Counted from the whole stretch's first letter, positions 36,161 to 48,835 are shown. The stretch is 54,841 nucleotides of DNA, filler included, from Asterionella formosa (GCA_002256025.1; 5 parts of 5 records of this genome joined end to end with filler, not necessarily neighbours in it); one strand, 5' to 3'. Notes: generated by a model from the letters alone, not told the origin. A program made the numbers and translations.

Positions 36161-37261
36161 TTAGTGTTTTGTGATTCCTTTGTGATATGGAGAAAGGGGA
36201 GCCACATAATTGGCGCAGATACTGTCCACTAGCCAAGAGGTCCTGACCATGGGTATTTGTTTGTCGACAGGTAAAATGAATGATTCGAGGCCTTTTTCCA
36301 TCAAATCATGGACCAGAATGATAGTTGGTTGTGGTGTGTGAGTCCAATCGTCCTGGTGTACAATAGTGGCACCCGCCAAGCGGCACAAGAGTTCGGTCTC
36401 GTCATTTGTCAAAAAATGGAACTGATCAGGTGAAAGCAGCACCCGCCCATCCAAATCGATTTCATTGTCATACAAGAATTTGTGTGGATAGTTGACTGCA
36501 TCGTCCATGGGAAGGATCCCAATTCGATATCCCTCAAGCAAGGGGGCTTGACAATGAGACTGACAAGGCCCATAGCATTTCCCCCACCAGTCTGCGCCAT
36601 GATGCCACGTGGTTCGTAGCTTTAATGTGACAACGTCACCCCATACCAAATCGTGTTGTGAAGATGATCGAATGGCTAGCCCACGTGCCATAGCTTGAAG
36701 GTAAGCAAATGATCGATCACACACTAGTACTGGTGTCCCGGTAGGCAAAGTAGCTTTCGAGGTGGTCACCTTCAGACCCACTACTACTACTGCTGCTGCT
36801 GTTGTGGAAGAAATGGTATGACTGGATTCATTCGAAATATTTTGTTGCAGGTTGTCTGGAGATCTGAAGGGACGTGGAGTCACTGTTGGTACTTGCCGGT
36901 GTTCTTGTTCTTGTTGCTGGAGGGAGTCAGCATCGAGCAAGGATTGTATCTCGTCGTGTTGCTGGAGCATGGCTCGAAAGTCATTGGTGTTAGGTAACGG
37001 AGAATCAAATAATCCATCATCTCCCAGGGAATTTATCTTGTCAACAGAGTTGTTTTGAAATTGTAGTGGAGCAGCATCCAGCAATTGCCGGAATTGTTGA
37101 GTGGACGGAAGCGTAAATTGTGAGTTGCTATCTCGTTCTGGTATCGTCTCGTTTGGATCATAACAAGCAACATTTTGTTGCTGCATTGACCAAGGAAAAC
37201 GGTCAGCCGACAGGAGCATCGTCGGTTTGTTCGTGGTGGTTGCTGTTGAGGACGACGCCAT
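36161..37261 (-). CDS. Protein with disordered N-terminus and C-terminal (tandem) BRCT-like domains (366 aa)
   Basis: RSFAYLQAMARG, PLLEGYRI, LCRLAGATIV and PMVRTSWLVDSI are BRCT helix/GA/W-xx-DS signatures. Confidence 0.7.
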   Translation of the reverse strand: MASSSTATTTNKPTMLLSADRFPWSMQQQNVACYDPNETIPERDSNSQFTLPSTQQFRQLLDAAPLQFQNNSVDKINSLGDDGLFDSPLPNTNDFRAMLQQHDEIQSLLDADSLQQQEQEHRQVPTVTPRPFRSPDNLQQNISNESSHTISSTTAAAVVVVGLKVTTSKATLPTGTPVLVCDRSFAYLQAMARGLAIRSSSQHDLVWGDVVTLKLRTTWHHGADWWGKCYGPCQSHCQAPLLEGYRIGILPMDDAVNYPHKFLYDNEIDLDGRVLLSPDQFHFLTNDETELLCRLAGATIVHQDDWTHTPQPTIILVHDLMEKGLESFILPVDKQIPMVRTSWLVDSICANYVAPLSPYHKGITKH

Positions 37262-38169
37262 TGCAAATCACTACGGTGTGTTTTTCTTCTTTGATTTGTG
37301 ATCATCCATCGTCACTGCATGATGGTATACCGTGCAACTGTTGTACTGTCGGGACCTGACGATAGACTACCGGGTACGATTTTTGTTGTTGTTCGATGAT
37401 AGACTTATTATTAATGGTCTAAGACCTTTTTTATTCTCCAGTTTCTGGCGCGCTCCCATTTTTATCCTCGTTAGTCGTCATCCTTCACTCCTGCGCAGGA
37501 CCGACCACTCCTGATGGGGGAGTGTCAGATTTCTTTCACTGGGCGTGTATAATACTGTACCAGGTACCTTGTACCGTCATTCACTGGGTATATCATAACG
37601 GTACTGTACGTACATTGAATTCCATGATCCAAGGGATGATGAATACCGGTACACTACTTATATGTACATGATTCCGATTACCGGTATGCACATGACAATA
37701 AGTGTATTTACTTTATGCTGTGTTGAACTGTCATGTACTTTCAACATTCTCTAGTACAAGATCATGGAGACAGTTGTTCACAAATCAAAATAATGACAAA
37801 TGGCTGGCACAGAACAATAGCTTAAGCTTTTGGTAGAAACAAGGTTGATGATGATCAGCTTTTTTGGGACAGTCCATTTATAATAGTAAAACAGCTGAAT
37901 TGAGATTGGTCGAAATCTATAAAATCAGAATTATCAAAAAGTTTTGGTTCAGAAACAGGATTAATTATTGGTGGTGTGTCCTTACTATATGTACTGGTAC
38001 AGGGTACCAACAGGTTCACAATTTCTACATCATTTGTAGTATACTGATATGTTTAGTACATACATTTAGGAATAAGTCATTTACCATACATTTATCATCT
38101 GCCTTATATTTTGTCAAATACTTACTTGTTTGTGCTGTCAGTTGAAAAGCTACTTGGCAAGTAGCATAA

Positions 38170-39650
38170 ATATGGAGTACAATTTATGATATAATTTTTA
38201 GTTGATAATATTAGTTTCACTTGTTTTTTTAAATGAGTGAGCTTAAACTAAATGTAGCTTTGAAATGTAGTTTCAATTGAAACATGGCAACTCCGAAATT
38301 TTTCTGAAATGAATTGTTCTTGTTCCTTGGAGGTGGTGAGATGCTTCATTGTTCCTTCCTATGCATGTAGCGAACTAGGCAGGCAGATTACATCCTTCTC
38401 ATCCTTGTAACATTTGGAGGTGAGGTGCTTCAAAGTTCCTATGGGTGTAGCAAACTAGACAGGCAGATTACATCCTCTTGTTGCTTGTAACAGATATATT
38501 GTATACTTCACTATTCTGGACCCCCACCTTTTTACATTTTTCTCCTCGAGACGGCACTAAACACCCAATATTTTTCTAGACATCGATAAACAAGTAATGT
38601 GCCATAACTCGGTTTTAATGTGGAAATTGAGTGATGCTATACACATGGCTGGATTCATACTCAGGGTATATGAAGGTAGCATCAGCCATAGGCGCCAGCA
38701 TAAGTTTATTTAGCTGCGATAATGCGATTCCTTTGTATTTATAAAACACTATGTACAGCAGCAGTTAGATAATCCAGAATGATGTCTTCTCAGCATTTAC
38801 TAGCCATGACGAAAATAGCAAATATCTCCACGAAAATTGAGAACAACGCTCTAGTCTACTAGCTGTTTAGTCCATTTATTAATCACAACATAGGGCAGGT
38901 AATGCAACTGTTACAGAAATATTTTAATAACACTAATATTGACAACGAAAATTGAAGTTGCCAATGGCAACATGACATCGCATTTTCCTCATGAGGTGAA
39001 AAACTCAGTTTTCATTTTACAGAAAAGTGACCATTTTGATGAATATTAGAACGAAGCTTGCCATCCTGTAAAACAAATAAAATTTACGTAAGACTAAATT
39101 AAGGGAAATCTCATCATAGTCCTGACCCCTTATTAGTTAAAATCATTCAAATTCAGTCGCAGCAGTGTACATCGCTGGAAGTCCAGGACAATGAAGTATT
39201 TGGTATCCTTGCTTCTACTACTAGCTAGCAGTAGCCTAGATAGTTTGTAGCTAGTAGGACATAGATTTTCCTAGACTAAAACATCATTTAGATAGCTCCA
39301 AATGGATGCTTCAACCGTTCCTCAATCATCCTTGAACATTACTGATTAGTCTTTCCAATCGCTCTCAGTTTAAGGTCGTTGCTTATACTTGTTTGGAAAT
39401 ATGTACTAGCTAGCTAGATGAAACCTTTTGAAGTCTGAGATTTACTACTAGTAGACTCACTTTCCTATATAGATTTCACTCTTGAAAATTGTTATTTGTT
39501 ACCAGTTGTCTGAGGAGGGTTAAATACTCTTGATATAGTTTTTGTGCATGGCTCCACTTAACACAATGACACCAAGCAATTGTTACCGTCACACCAATGC
39601 GACCTAATTAGGGAATCAAGAATCAGGCAAGAATCTATTTGTGTTTCAAC
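38170..39650. repeat. Dispersed repeat family D copy 2, with an ~85-bp internal duplication and a MITE insertion
   Basis: Collinear with 30-680 on both sides of 38504-39198. Duplicated unit at ~38328-38411/38415-38491. Confidence 0.8.
38506..39196. mobile_element. Tc1/mariner-type MITE (691 bp) with TA target-site duplication
   Basis: TA|CTTCACTATTCTGGAC...GTCCAGGACAATGAAG|TA (13/16 TIR match). Absent from the homologous site in repeat D copy 1. Confidence 0.75.
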
Positions 39651-39997
39651 TCTGTCCTATATTTTATCATTTAATTAATTGAGAAGTATGACACTACCGG
39701 TATGATACCGGAATCAATATTTATATTCTTTCAATTGAAGGATCACTTATGGTTACCACGGCACATTCCTGCAAAACATAATACTCATTGAATAACATAA
39801 TGTACCGGTACCGGTTGTTCATTTGATGCAGTCGAGATCGAAAAGCTAATTTTTTAGGCAGAATGTGGAACATAAAACCCTCGACAAAGAGTTGAAATCG
39901 ACACCGATTGTATAATAATACTTTTCATCATACAGCACAGTCTCACATCCCATGACGCAAAGCTCTAGTCTACTAGTAACTGTGAGTACAGAAGGAA

Positions 39998-41300
39998 ATG
40001 AGTAACCGTCAGGACAGTGTGATGTCTCCCGCCTTGATGCCCACCACAATAGGCGCCCTCCTTGCTGAAGAATGTACGTTGGATCCATATTCGCCACTGC
40101 CTTCCTTTCTTGAACGAATAATGATGGAAGAAGCAGCGCTGTCTATGGACCATGNNNNNNNNNNNNNNNNNNNNNNNNNNNNNNNNNNNNNNNNNNNNNN
40201 NNNNNNNNNNNNNNNNNNNNNNNNNNNNNNNNNNNNNNNNNNNNNNNNNNNNNNNNNNNNNNNNNNNNNNNNNNNNNNNNNNNNNNNNNNNNNNNNNNNN
40301 NNNNNNNNNNNNNNNNNNNNNNNNNNNNNNNNNNNNNNNNNNNNNNNNNNNNNNNNNNNNNNNNNNNNNNNNNNNNNNNNNNNNNNNNNNNNNNNNNNNN
40401 NNNNNNNNNNNNNNNNNNNNNNNNNNNNNNNNNNNNNNNNNNNNNNNNNNNNNNNNNNNNNNNNNNNNNNNNNNNNNNNNNNNNNNNNNNNNNNNNNNNN
40501 NNNNNNNNNNNNNNNNNNNNNNNNNNNNNNNNNNNNNNNNNNNNNNNNNNNNNNNNNNNNNNNNNNNNNNNNNNNNNNNNNNNNNNNNNNTCTATCTGAA
40601 GGAACGTCTCGATCGAGTTTTTCACTCTTGGCGACAACAAGGTCCTCAAACTCCAGCAGGACAGACCTCCAAGGTCCGCTCTCGCTTTGTATCTCTGTAT
40701 CCTTTTTTGCACATGACACGGGAAGGAACAATTGTGTTTTATCAGTTTTTATACCTATTGAATTTTTCCAAATATTTTGATCCATTGTCTCATGGTTTGG
40801 GACTAGTTGTTCGGCGAGTTACATCATCCGATATCAAGTCACCACCAGCATCAAGTCCCTCGGGACCATCCTCGACCACATCCGTCAACAACCCTTCAAG
40901 CGTGGAAACGCTGATGATTCCAAACTATCTACTATATGGAGGCTCCATACTCTTTGCCCTTGGTTGGATATCTCGATTCCAAAGATTCCTTCGACAAAGA
41001 AATACCAACGCCATGTTTCCCCCACCACCGGAGGCACCGAAACTCCATTTGGATCCGAAGCAACGGATACGATTGTCGTCTGATCCACGCATTTGTCCTC
41101 TCTGTCAACAGCCTAGAATCCATCCTGTTGCATCCACCTCGGGTCATGTATTTTGCTATCGATGCCTCTTGGGGTACATTCGTTCCCATACCCCAAACTG
41201 CCCCCTTACTGGAAGAGAATGTCGTGAAGATCAAATTATTAGACTCTATGAACCCATCACTCAAGGGGGAAGACTGCAATCTGAGGACGAAAATGGGTAG
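39998..41300 (+). CDS. PEX12: Peroxin-12 (RING peroxin), interrupted by an assembly gap 40155-40590
   Basis: N-terminal PLPSFLERIM motif, PPPP linker, and C-terminal degenerate RING CPLC...PVASTSGHVFCYRC...CPLTG..C....IIRLY typical of Pex12. The start may be 39998 or 40022. Confidence 0.85.
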
Positions 41301-41836
41301 AATGTACAGAAACCGTAGGGAATAATGAGTTTGGACTCGTACGAGAGGAAAAGAGAGGCCAAGGTATAATATAGAGTACCCAAAAATTGAGATGATCTAC
41401 CGGGTACTTATATCTATTGATTGGCCTTTCTTCATTGACAATCAATCACACAACCATGTTAGATATGATCTCCGTACCAAAACATAAAATGTACCCCTCA
41501 ACATTTATAGAACCGATAAGTGTCAATCATATAACATGTATTTTTGTGTATAGGTATACCGCTATTATACATCTAATAATATTAGTCATATGATAATGAC
41601 CTGGATGTAGAGATCCATTATTATTACACTTTATTAGGCATCATGGATATAGTCTAAAGCAGTCTAAATATTGTTGTAAATGGTATGATTACCTGACCTA
41701 TCTCGGACTCAACCCCAAAATCAATGAAGACAGGACAATCAAACGAGAAATTACTTGGATGAAGCAAACATCACCAACAGAACTTGAAGCAGTTGGATGC
41801 GTAGTAACAGACTTATTAAATCAGGCTGTAGACCTT

Positions 41837-42865
41837 TTATTTTGGAGCCTTTGGAGCCTTTGTAGGTTTAGGAGCCTTGGTAGGCTTGGAAGTTGGTCGC
41901 TTAATACTGCTGCCTGGAACTACAGTGGGAGCCTTGATAGGCGTTGCAGTAGGGCGCTTTGTATTGCTTCCTGGAACCACCGGGGAAACAGTAGTGATGC
42001 TACTGCAACTAGCCGGACGCCTGGACGACAGCGCACAAATCTGCTGATCAATCCAAGCAACTTGATCAGAGACACGGGAGTACACACCTGGATATGCAGC
42101 TGCGGCACACCCTTCTCCCCAAGAAGTGATCCCAATAAGAGTATGCACTCCATTCACAATCATAACCAACGGCCCGCCTGAGTCTCCTTGGCAGGTATCC
42201 TTTCCTCCTCCAGCCACACCAGCACACACCATGGATGCTGCATCGATGATTCCTGAGTACTTTTGGTTGCATGTGTTATGGTCGACTGCTTGTACAGTCA
42301 CTTCTTGCAAGTAAGTAGGGAGTTTTCCCCCTGTTGTGAGGGTGCCAAGACCAACCGCAACAAGATCTTCTCCAGTTGTTGGGATGGTACTGTTGCGATT
42401 GAGAATGACTGGTACCTTATCTACAGGGCTCGTCAACTTCAAGATGAGAAAATCGTTCACAAAGGTATTCGGATTGTATTTCGGATGGACCACTCGCTTC
42501 GCGATGGTAGCGAGGACTGCTCCATTGCTTATCGTTTCGGTTTTGAATGCTCCAACATGGACTGTGTTAGTGGCGATTTCATTGCAATGGGCAGCAGTAA
42601 GAACAATGTCGTCATGAATCAAAGATGCTCCACAGCCATTAATCCATTGGGTGTAGTACGGGTACTCTCCAACCGATGCCTGGGTACCTCCAACGATGCG
42701 AGTTTCCAGGTCCCGATCGTTTTTGTTGGTGTCAAGACTTTGTTCGTTCAATGGAGCATCTGCTTCGTCATGAATCGCTGTGATTAGACCTCTCAGTGCG
42801 GCAGCGTTAGGTGTGAAGAGCAATGTAGAGGCAATAACGGCGGATTTGAGGTGGAAAGTGATCAT
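41837..42865 (-). CDS. Secreted trypsin-like S1A serine protease with Pro/Thr/Lys-rich tail (342 aa)
   Basis: Signal peptide, R|IVGG activation site, LTAAHC, NDFLIL, DTCQGDSGGP (Asp189-type pocket), PGVYSRV, and a PTKAPK-repeat tail. Confidence 0.95.
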   Translation of the reverse strand: MITFHLKSAVIASTLLFTPNAAALRGLITAIHDEADAPLNEQSLDTNKNDRDLETRIVGGTQASVGEYPYYTQWINGCGASLIHDDIVLTAAHCNEIATNTVHVGAFKTETISNGAVLATIAKRVVHPKYNPNTFVNDFLILKLTSPVDKVPVILNRNSTIPTTGEDLVAVGLGTLTTGGKLPTYLQEVTVQAVDHNTCNQKYSGIIDAASMVCAGVAGGGKDTCQGDSGGPLVMIVNGVHTLIGITSWGEGCAAAAYPGVYSRVSDQVAWIDQQICALSSRRPASCSSITTVSPVVPGSNTKRPTATPIKAPTVVPGSSIKRPTSKPTKAPKPTKAPKAPK

Positions 42866-43320
42866 GATGGTCCGTCCTTCTGTTGCGATCGGTGAGTTTT
42901 GTTAGATTTGCAGATTTTCTTTTTTATGGAGAGTTGAAACAGACAATGTCAGACAAGTCAAATCAATCTTGTTTGTGTCTCCGAATTTGCCCAGTCATGA
43001 CCTTTTTGGGTCTAGTCATGAACATTTATGAATCAATCTACTCATACATGGATTGCCTCTCCCAACAACTGCCAGCCATGCAAAGATATGGTTCGTTCAC
43101 ATTGGATATAGAGATCAAAGTCAAAGCACATGGAGCATTTGTCGTTATGAATGGGATTTGGATGCCAAGGCAATCGCATCAGAAACTTAATGAACAAATC
43201 TAAATGTGGCTATATACCGGTAAATAGTTCCTTTCGTACGCCATGACCAAGCTAAAGCAAAACCACCCCAGTAATAGGCAACAGTACAATTTTGAGTTTC
43301 TAATGAACAAATGACATCAA

Positions 43321-43600
43321 GGTTGCTGCATTTGAACCCCTAGCTCGAGGTAGGGTTAATAAAATAATATTGAGTCAAACTAATCACACACATACTTTCC
43401 AGATACAAATCAAATATGTATAACACTCAACGGAGCTTTCACCAGCAGACACTCTTTCCATATGGTTAAATACAGTCGTCGGACTTAAGTAGGGGTGCAG
43501 GTTCACTCAATATATTGTCAGTATATAGGATCTGGTCAGAAACTGCAGAAAGGAACTTCGGCTTTTAACTATGCCAAAAAGACTCGAAAATTCAGGGGAA
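43321..43600 (+). mobile_element. Terminal fragment of family C TTAA-type element
   Basis: TCAA|GGTTGCTGCATTTGAACCCCTAGCTCGAGG... is the reverse complement of 22785-23066. Confidence 0.85.
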
Positions 43601-44585
43601 TGAAACTGTGGCTAGGGGTAAACAAAGTCAATCGTGGAATAGAGTTCAACTACTTGTTGATCATTATGACGAATTTCGTAAAAGTAACAAGAAGCAAGTT
43701 AGCAAGATAGCTTAATATTTATTATGTAACTATATATATTAGTAAAATATATTCATGAGTATTTATGTTGCCTAATTAGTTCCTGAACATCAGAGCTGTG
43801 CTTAGAAAAGCAAGCACCACAACACCAAATGTTCTGTAGATTTCGAAAACCATCACAGCAAATGNNNNNNNNNNNNNNNNNNNNNNNNNNNNNNNNNNNN
43901 NNNNNNNNTTAATTAATTAANNNNNNNNNNNNNNNNNNNNNNNNNNNNNNNNNNNNNNNNNNNNTAGGCACGATACATCATCTTTTACTTCTACCTTTGC
44001 TTTGGCGCTGTGCACCTCTGATCTCTGTTCGTCGCCACTTTGTTTGTCCACCGCTGGGTATGTTCATACGACACATACAATGGCGGTTGCTCATTGGTGT
44101 GGGCACAACGATGCCGAGGAGCGAGAGAAGCAGTTTGACAATCAACTTCTCCGAACATTGCTGTATCGAGCTCGCCGCAAGGATGGGATATGGATAAACT
44201 GAAGGGGCGATTTCCACAAAGCAATCCACACGAATGTGATTCTATCTCTGAGACCTGGTTGCAGTTTGGTCGGGGAAACCCTCATTGATTCCGAGCAACA
44301 GTTAATGGCTCTACCATTGTCGACTTTGTGTCTTGCAGAATATGCATTAGTATCTCGTAGAGGCATGGAATATTGGTTGATTAGATTTCATGTTCAGTAG
44401 ACTTAGGTTCTAACTTTGCAACTTTTAGTACATTCACTAGAATTGAAGAGTTGGAGCATTCTCGGCAATAGCGCTAATTTCCCACCGCCGTAAATTGCAA
44501 ATCGTGTGGACCGCACTAAGTATCGAATCTCAACCTACTTTCCTAAATTTCAAACTCAAAGCTTTGACAACCTGCAACCGCCAAT

Positions 44586-47027
44586 TTATTCAAACTTAGC
44601 ATCATCAACGACTTCAGCCGATACTAATTCAGAATCGTCGTCGTCGTCGTCGTCCGTGACCACTTCAGCATCCTTAGCAGTTCCATCTTGTTCAATTCCA
44701 GATGCCATCATTGACATTACTCGCTGTGCAAAGGATCCCATATCCGTCACATCATAGCCACTAGTCATGCTGGCAACATCGTACATCAACAAGGCAAAGT
44801 CCTCTGTGGCTTTCTTTTCCCTTCCACCGCCCTTTACCATTCGATCCAAATCCTTGACAATTGGGTGATTGACATTGATTTCCATAACAGCTTGGTTCAT
44901 ACTATCTGCACCCATATCTCTGCCTCCTGAAGCAACAGTCTGGGCTCGCATGTATCGCTGCATCGTTGGAGAGAGGCCGTATGCACCCTGGACCAACGCA
45001 GCTGGAGAGTCAACCAAGTCAGTCGAAACCTTTACCTTTTGAACCTTTCCAGCAAGAAGAGCCTCAAGGTATTCAATGGTAATCTTGAATTCGCCTTTCA
45101 GTATTTCTTCCATCTTCTTCTTGTCCTCGTCCTTGTCATCGTCAAGTCTCAAGTTCTCTTTCGCAGCATCGACGACGTCAAAATCTTTGTATTCTCTCAG
45201 ACCCTCAAACATTATTTCATCCAAAGGTTCAGTAGCGTAAATAACCTCATATCCTCGCGATGTCAACTTTTCGATAACAGGAGACATGGCGGCATTGGAT
45301 TTGCCATCTCCAGTAGCGAAATAGATTGCCTTCTGGCCTTCGGCCATGCCTTCAACGTACTTGTCAAGAGATATATATTCTTCTTGGGACTTAGAAGAGA
45401 AGAATCGGAGAAGAGGAGCGATTTCCTTCTTGTTTTTGTCGTCCTCAATGATACCAACCTTTAAGTACTTGCCAAAATTGTTCCAGAACATGATGTATTT
45501 AGTCTCGTCCTCATCTTCGGCAAGGTCGCGAATCATATCCATCGACTTGCGCACCAAGCGTTTGTTGATGATGCTAAGAACCTTTGACTTTTGAAGAATC
45601 TCTCGGCTTACGTTGAGAGGCAAGTCATCGCTATCAACAACACCGCGGATGAACTTGAGCCATCGGGGCATGAGTCCTTCGAAATTGTCGTTGATAAAGA
45701 CCCTTCGAACATACAAACGAATATTGCGAGCATTCTCATCAAACATATCCTTGGATAGATCGAAAGGAAGCATTCCAGGAATATAAAGGACAGACTTGCA
45801 TTCAACTTGCCCCTCCAACACAAAGTGACTGTACTTCATGGGCTCATCGTAGGCGTTTCGGAAGGCACCCTGGTAAAACCCTGTGTATTCTTCGACAGTT
45901 ACATCTTTAGGTGAGCGAAGCCAAATAGGTTTTTGATTGTTCACGCGCTCGTAACCCTCCCTTGTTTCTGGAATAGTCTTCATCTTGGGTGTTTCCCCTT
46001 CTGGAAGGTCCTTGTTGGCCTCGACATCAGGAACCTGCTTGTACTCAGTGCTTTCCTTCCACACATTGATTGGAAACTCAATAAATTCGGAATATCTCTT
46101 GAGTAGCTCTTCAATCTTTGCCATTTCCAAGTAGTCGGCAGCATCTTCCTTCAGATGAAGGATTAATCTAGATCCACTCGACTCGAAAGGATCTGTGTCA
46201 TCGTCTGAAATAGTAAACGAAGAACTAGCCTGGGACGTCCATCGCAGCTGAGGCGATCCTGGTTGCATCGATTTTGTAACAACTTCCACCTTGTCTGCCA
46301 CCAAATACGCCGAGTAAAAGCCCACGCCAAACTGTCCGATCAAGTTAACATCGGCACTTTTGCCGAGGGCTTCCATAAAGTTCTTGGTCCCGCTTTGAGC
46401 GATACGGCCTAGGTTGTTGATAAGTTCTTCGCGAGTCATTCCGACCCCGGAGTCTTCAATCGTGATGGTGTTATTGTCAGGATCGCATTTGATCTTGATT
46501 TGTGGCGTCGCAACTTGAGGAGCATCGGAATCAACTTGTGCAGTAATGCTGAGGAAGCGCTTTTTGTCGCATGCGTCAGCAGCGTTGGAGATGAGTTCTC
46601 GGAGAAAGACATCTCTGTCGGAATAGAGGGAGTTGATAATGATATCCATGACTTTTCCTACTTCTGCTTGGAATCTGTGTGGGGAATTGGCTGTTAGTTC
46701 AGAGCTTGATTTTTCACTTCATGTCAACTCAATTCAGCACCTAGCCACGTGGCGATAGTAAAGGGAAGCTTCAAGAAATAAAAAAGGAGGATAATCTTTG
46801 TGATCCCCCCCAAAACAGGATAATACTCCATTGTTACGTTCATTCTCGACAACTTACTCAAAGGTTTCTGACGGTGGGGCTTCGGTGGTACTCATTTTCA
46901 AGGCCGACGATGCAAATCTATTAATCAAGCCAGTATCTTGTCTAACTAGGAACGTTGCCTTGGGACCAACAAAGGCGGTTCCTGCCGTGGCAGACAACAA
47001 CAGGAAGGCAGCAGTGGCTAACTTCAT
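44586..47027 (-). CDS. HSP90: HSP90 family chaperone, probably plastid-targeted (~752 aa, 2 exons)
   Basis: Exons 47027-46858 and 46674-44586; the GTAAGT..CAG intron restores ETFE|FQAEV. Motifs FLRELISNAADA, IGQFGVGFYS, LPLNVSREILQ. Leader MKLATAAFLLLSATAGTA-FV. No MEEVD or K/HDEL C-terminus. Confidence 0.95.
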
Positions 47028-47221
47028 CTTCAACGGATACGGAAGGCACTTAAAGAGTCGGTTTGTGCGAAATCTGAAAAAGGAAAATCACAGAACATCC
47101 ATAGTGTGATCGAAATCTATGGAGATTCTTGATGTGTCGTCCTGACTGCGTCGTCCAATACAGTCTAGAAGAACGTAAAAATGAAAGGTTTGTATTGCAT
47201 TTTGATGGCTCGCAGAAAACA

Positions 47222-47259
47222 TGACGCGTACGCACTGACGTAAGGACCTGCTGACGTCA
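47222..47259. promoter_or_regulatory. Cluster of TGACG(T) bZIP/CRE-type motifs in a divergent promoter
   Basis: TGACG 47222, TGACGT 47236, palindromic TGACGTCA 47252, plus TGACGT on the minus strand at 47445-47450. Confidence 0.45.
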
Positions 47260-47767
47260 TGAATGAAAACCTATTTATGTTTATGTACACCTTGTTGTAT
47301 TTCTATAGAAATGAATGTGTAAAATTGACCCCTTCTTGCAAAATGAAGTACTCTATCATTATACATAGCCATATTCGATGGAGTTCAATGAGGATTTTAT
47401 ATAAATACATAAAAATGAAAAATGCAAGAGCCACGAGTCTCAGGACGTCAGCGACACTGAACTCGCCATGCATCCTCACCTGCGACCTCTGAGCGAACAT
47501 CAACATCGTCGCCTATGCGATGAGCGATGGCGACACTGACTGTCTTCCTCATTTTCCACATCATTCGCTTGTCGCTTCCTTTATTGTCGTCTACGTATTA
47601 CTTGTCGAATCTAAGCAAAATCTATCTGAACACTCTCCAATCCGGCGCTACAAGGGGTCAAGCTTGAATTTCAGATTTCAGTGCACAGACAGCCACGCAA
47701 GTCTAGAGAGCTGACAAAAGGACGAGAGTATCCACTCGTCTCATCACAGTTCTATCTCTCACATGCG

Positions 47768-48835
47768 ATGCGATCTCTAGTCTCCTTGTCTGTCCTCATC
47801 TGTTCAGTACAGCTTGCCGGATCCTTTTCACCACGACCGAGAATATCTTTGGATCGGCCTCCTACTAGTTCAAAAGCATCCTCAGCTCAGGAGACATTGT
47901 CTGCATGTATCAAAACATACGAGCACGATGGTTGGACATTATCCTACCGCTTTCAGCCTGCGTCTCGTGGCTATGAACGAGAGAAACCTGTTGTGCTTGT
48001 GCATCCAGTTGGAATTGGCATTAATTCCTGGTTCTGGGACCGCTTTTTGGAAAACTGGGAGGGTCCAGCCGCATATGCTCCAGACTTGATAGGTTGTGGG
48101 ATCGCCAATGGAGGGGATGGTTGGGATCCTAGCGAACGAGGCATGTCCTTTCCTCTGGCATGGGTAAAAGGTGTGGAGACTTTGATTCAACAAAAAGTCC
48201 TGACACCTTCACCTCGTGACGGTGGGTTCTCGTCCTTTCCATTCTTTGGTGCTCAAACTGTACATGTTGGACAATGCGTCGTTGTGACTCAAGGTGGGCT
48301 GGCTCCTGTTGGAGTCATGTTGGCGGCGCGTAACCCCACCACAGTATCCAACCTGGTACTCACTTCCCCTCCTACTTGGAAGGACATGACAACGCCTGTA
48401 CCTATGAACGAATTGTCTCGAAATTCCAACTTTTTGTCATCACCCATTATTGGACCTCTTGCCTTTGGCGTTTTGGAATCTAAATGGGCGGTGGAATTTT
48501 TTTCAAATGCATTTTTGTTCAAGGACAAATGTGACGATCAATGGCTGCAATTGGCTTGCGGGAACACGACAGCAGCGGATCGGCCTCCCGTGGTTGCGTT
48601 TAATGCTGGATTTTGCAATCATCGTTCGTTCGAAATAGAGATGATGGAACTATCGCAACCAACTTTGATTTTGTGTGGACAAGATGACGAGCCGAGAACT
48701 AAGCAAAGAACAGACTATGTGACTAAGATGCAAAAGTGTGTCATTCAGAAACTGGATGGCAAGAATGTGCTCCCTTGGGAATCTCCGATGGAAGTGGTGC
48801 AAGCGATAAAGGAATCGTGTTATAGTGATAAATAA
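47768..48835 (+). CDS. Alpha/beta-hydrolase-fold protein, probably plastid-targeted (~355 aa)
   Basis: Leader MRSLVSLSVLICSVQLAGS-FSP. Motifs VVLVHPVGIG..SWFW, YAPDLIGCG, PTLILCGQDD, GKNVLPWESP. Confidence 0.85.
   Translation: MRSLVSLSVLICSVQLAGSFSPRPRISLDRPPTSSKASSAQETLSACIKTYEHDGWTLSYRFQPASRGYEREKPVVLVHPVGIGINSWFWDRFLENWEGPAAYAPDLIGCGIANGGDGWDPSERGMSFPLAWVKGVETLIQQKVLTPSPRDGGFSSFPFFGAQTVHVGQCVVVTQGGLAPVGVMLAARNPTTVSNLVLTSPPTWKDMTTPVPMNELSRNSNFLSSPIIGPLAFGVLESKWAVEFFSNAFLFKDKCDDQWLQLACGNTTAADRPPVVAFNAGFCNHRSFEIEMMELSQPTLILCGQDDEPRTKQRTDYVTKMQKCVIQKLDGKNVLPWESPMEVVQAIKESCYSDK

Noticed and set aside
43965..44202. Possible 3' end of a gene after the gap (…HNDAEEREKQFDNQLLRTLLYRARRKDGIWIN)
   Set aside because: No recognisable motif, and the frame cannot be established.
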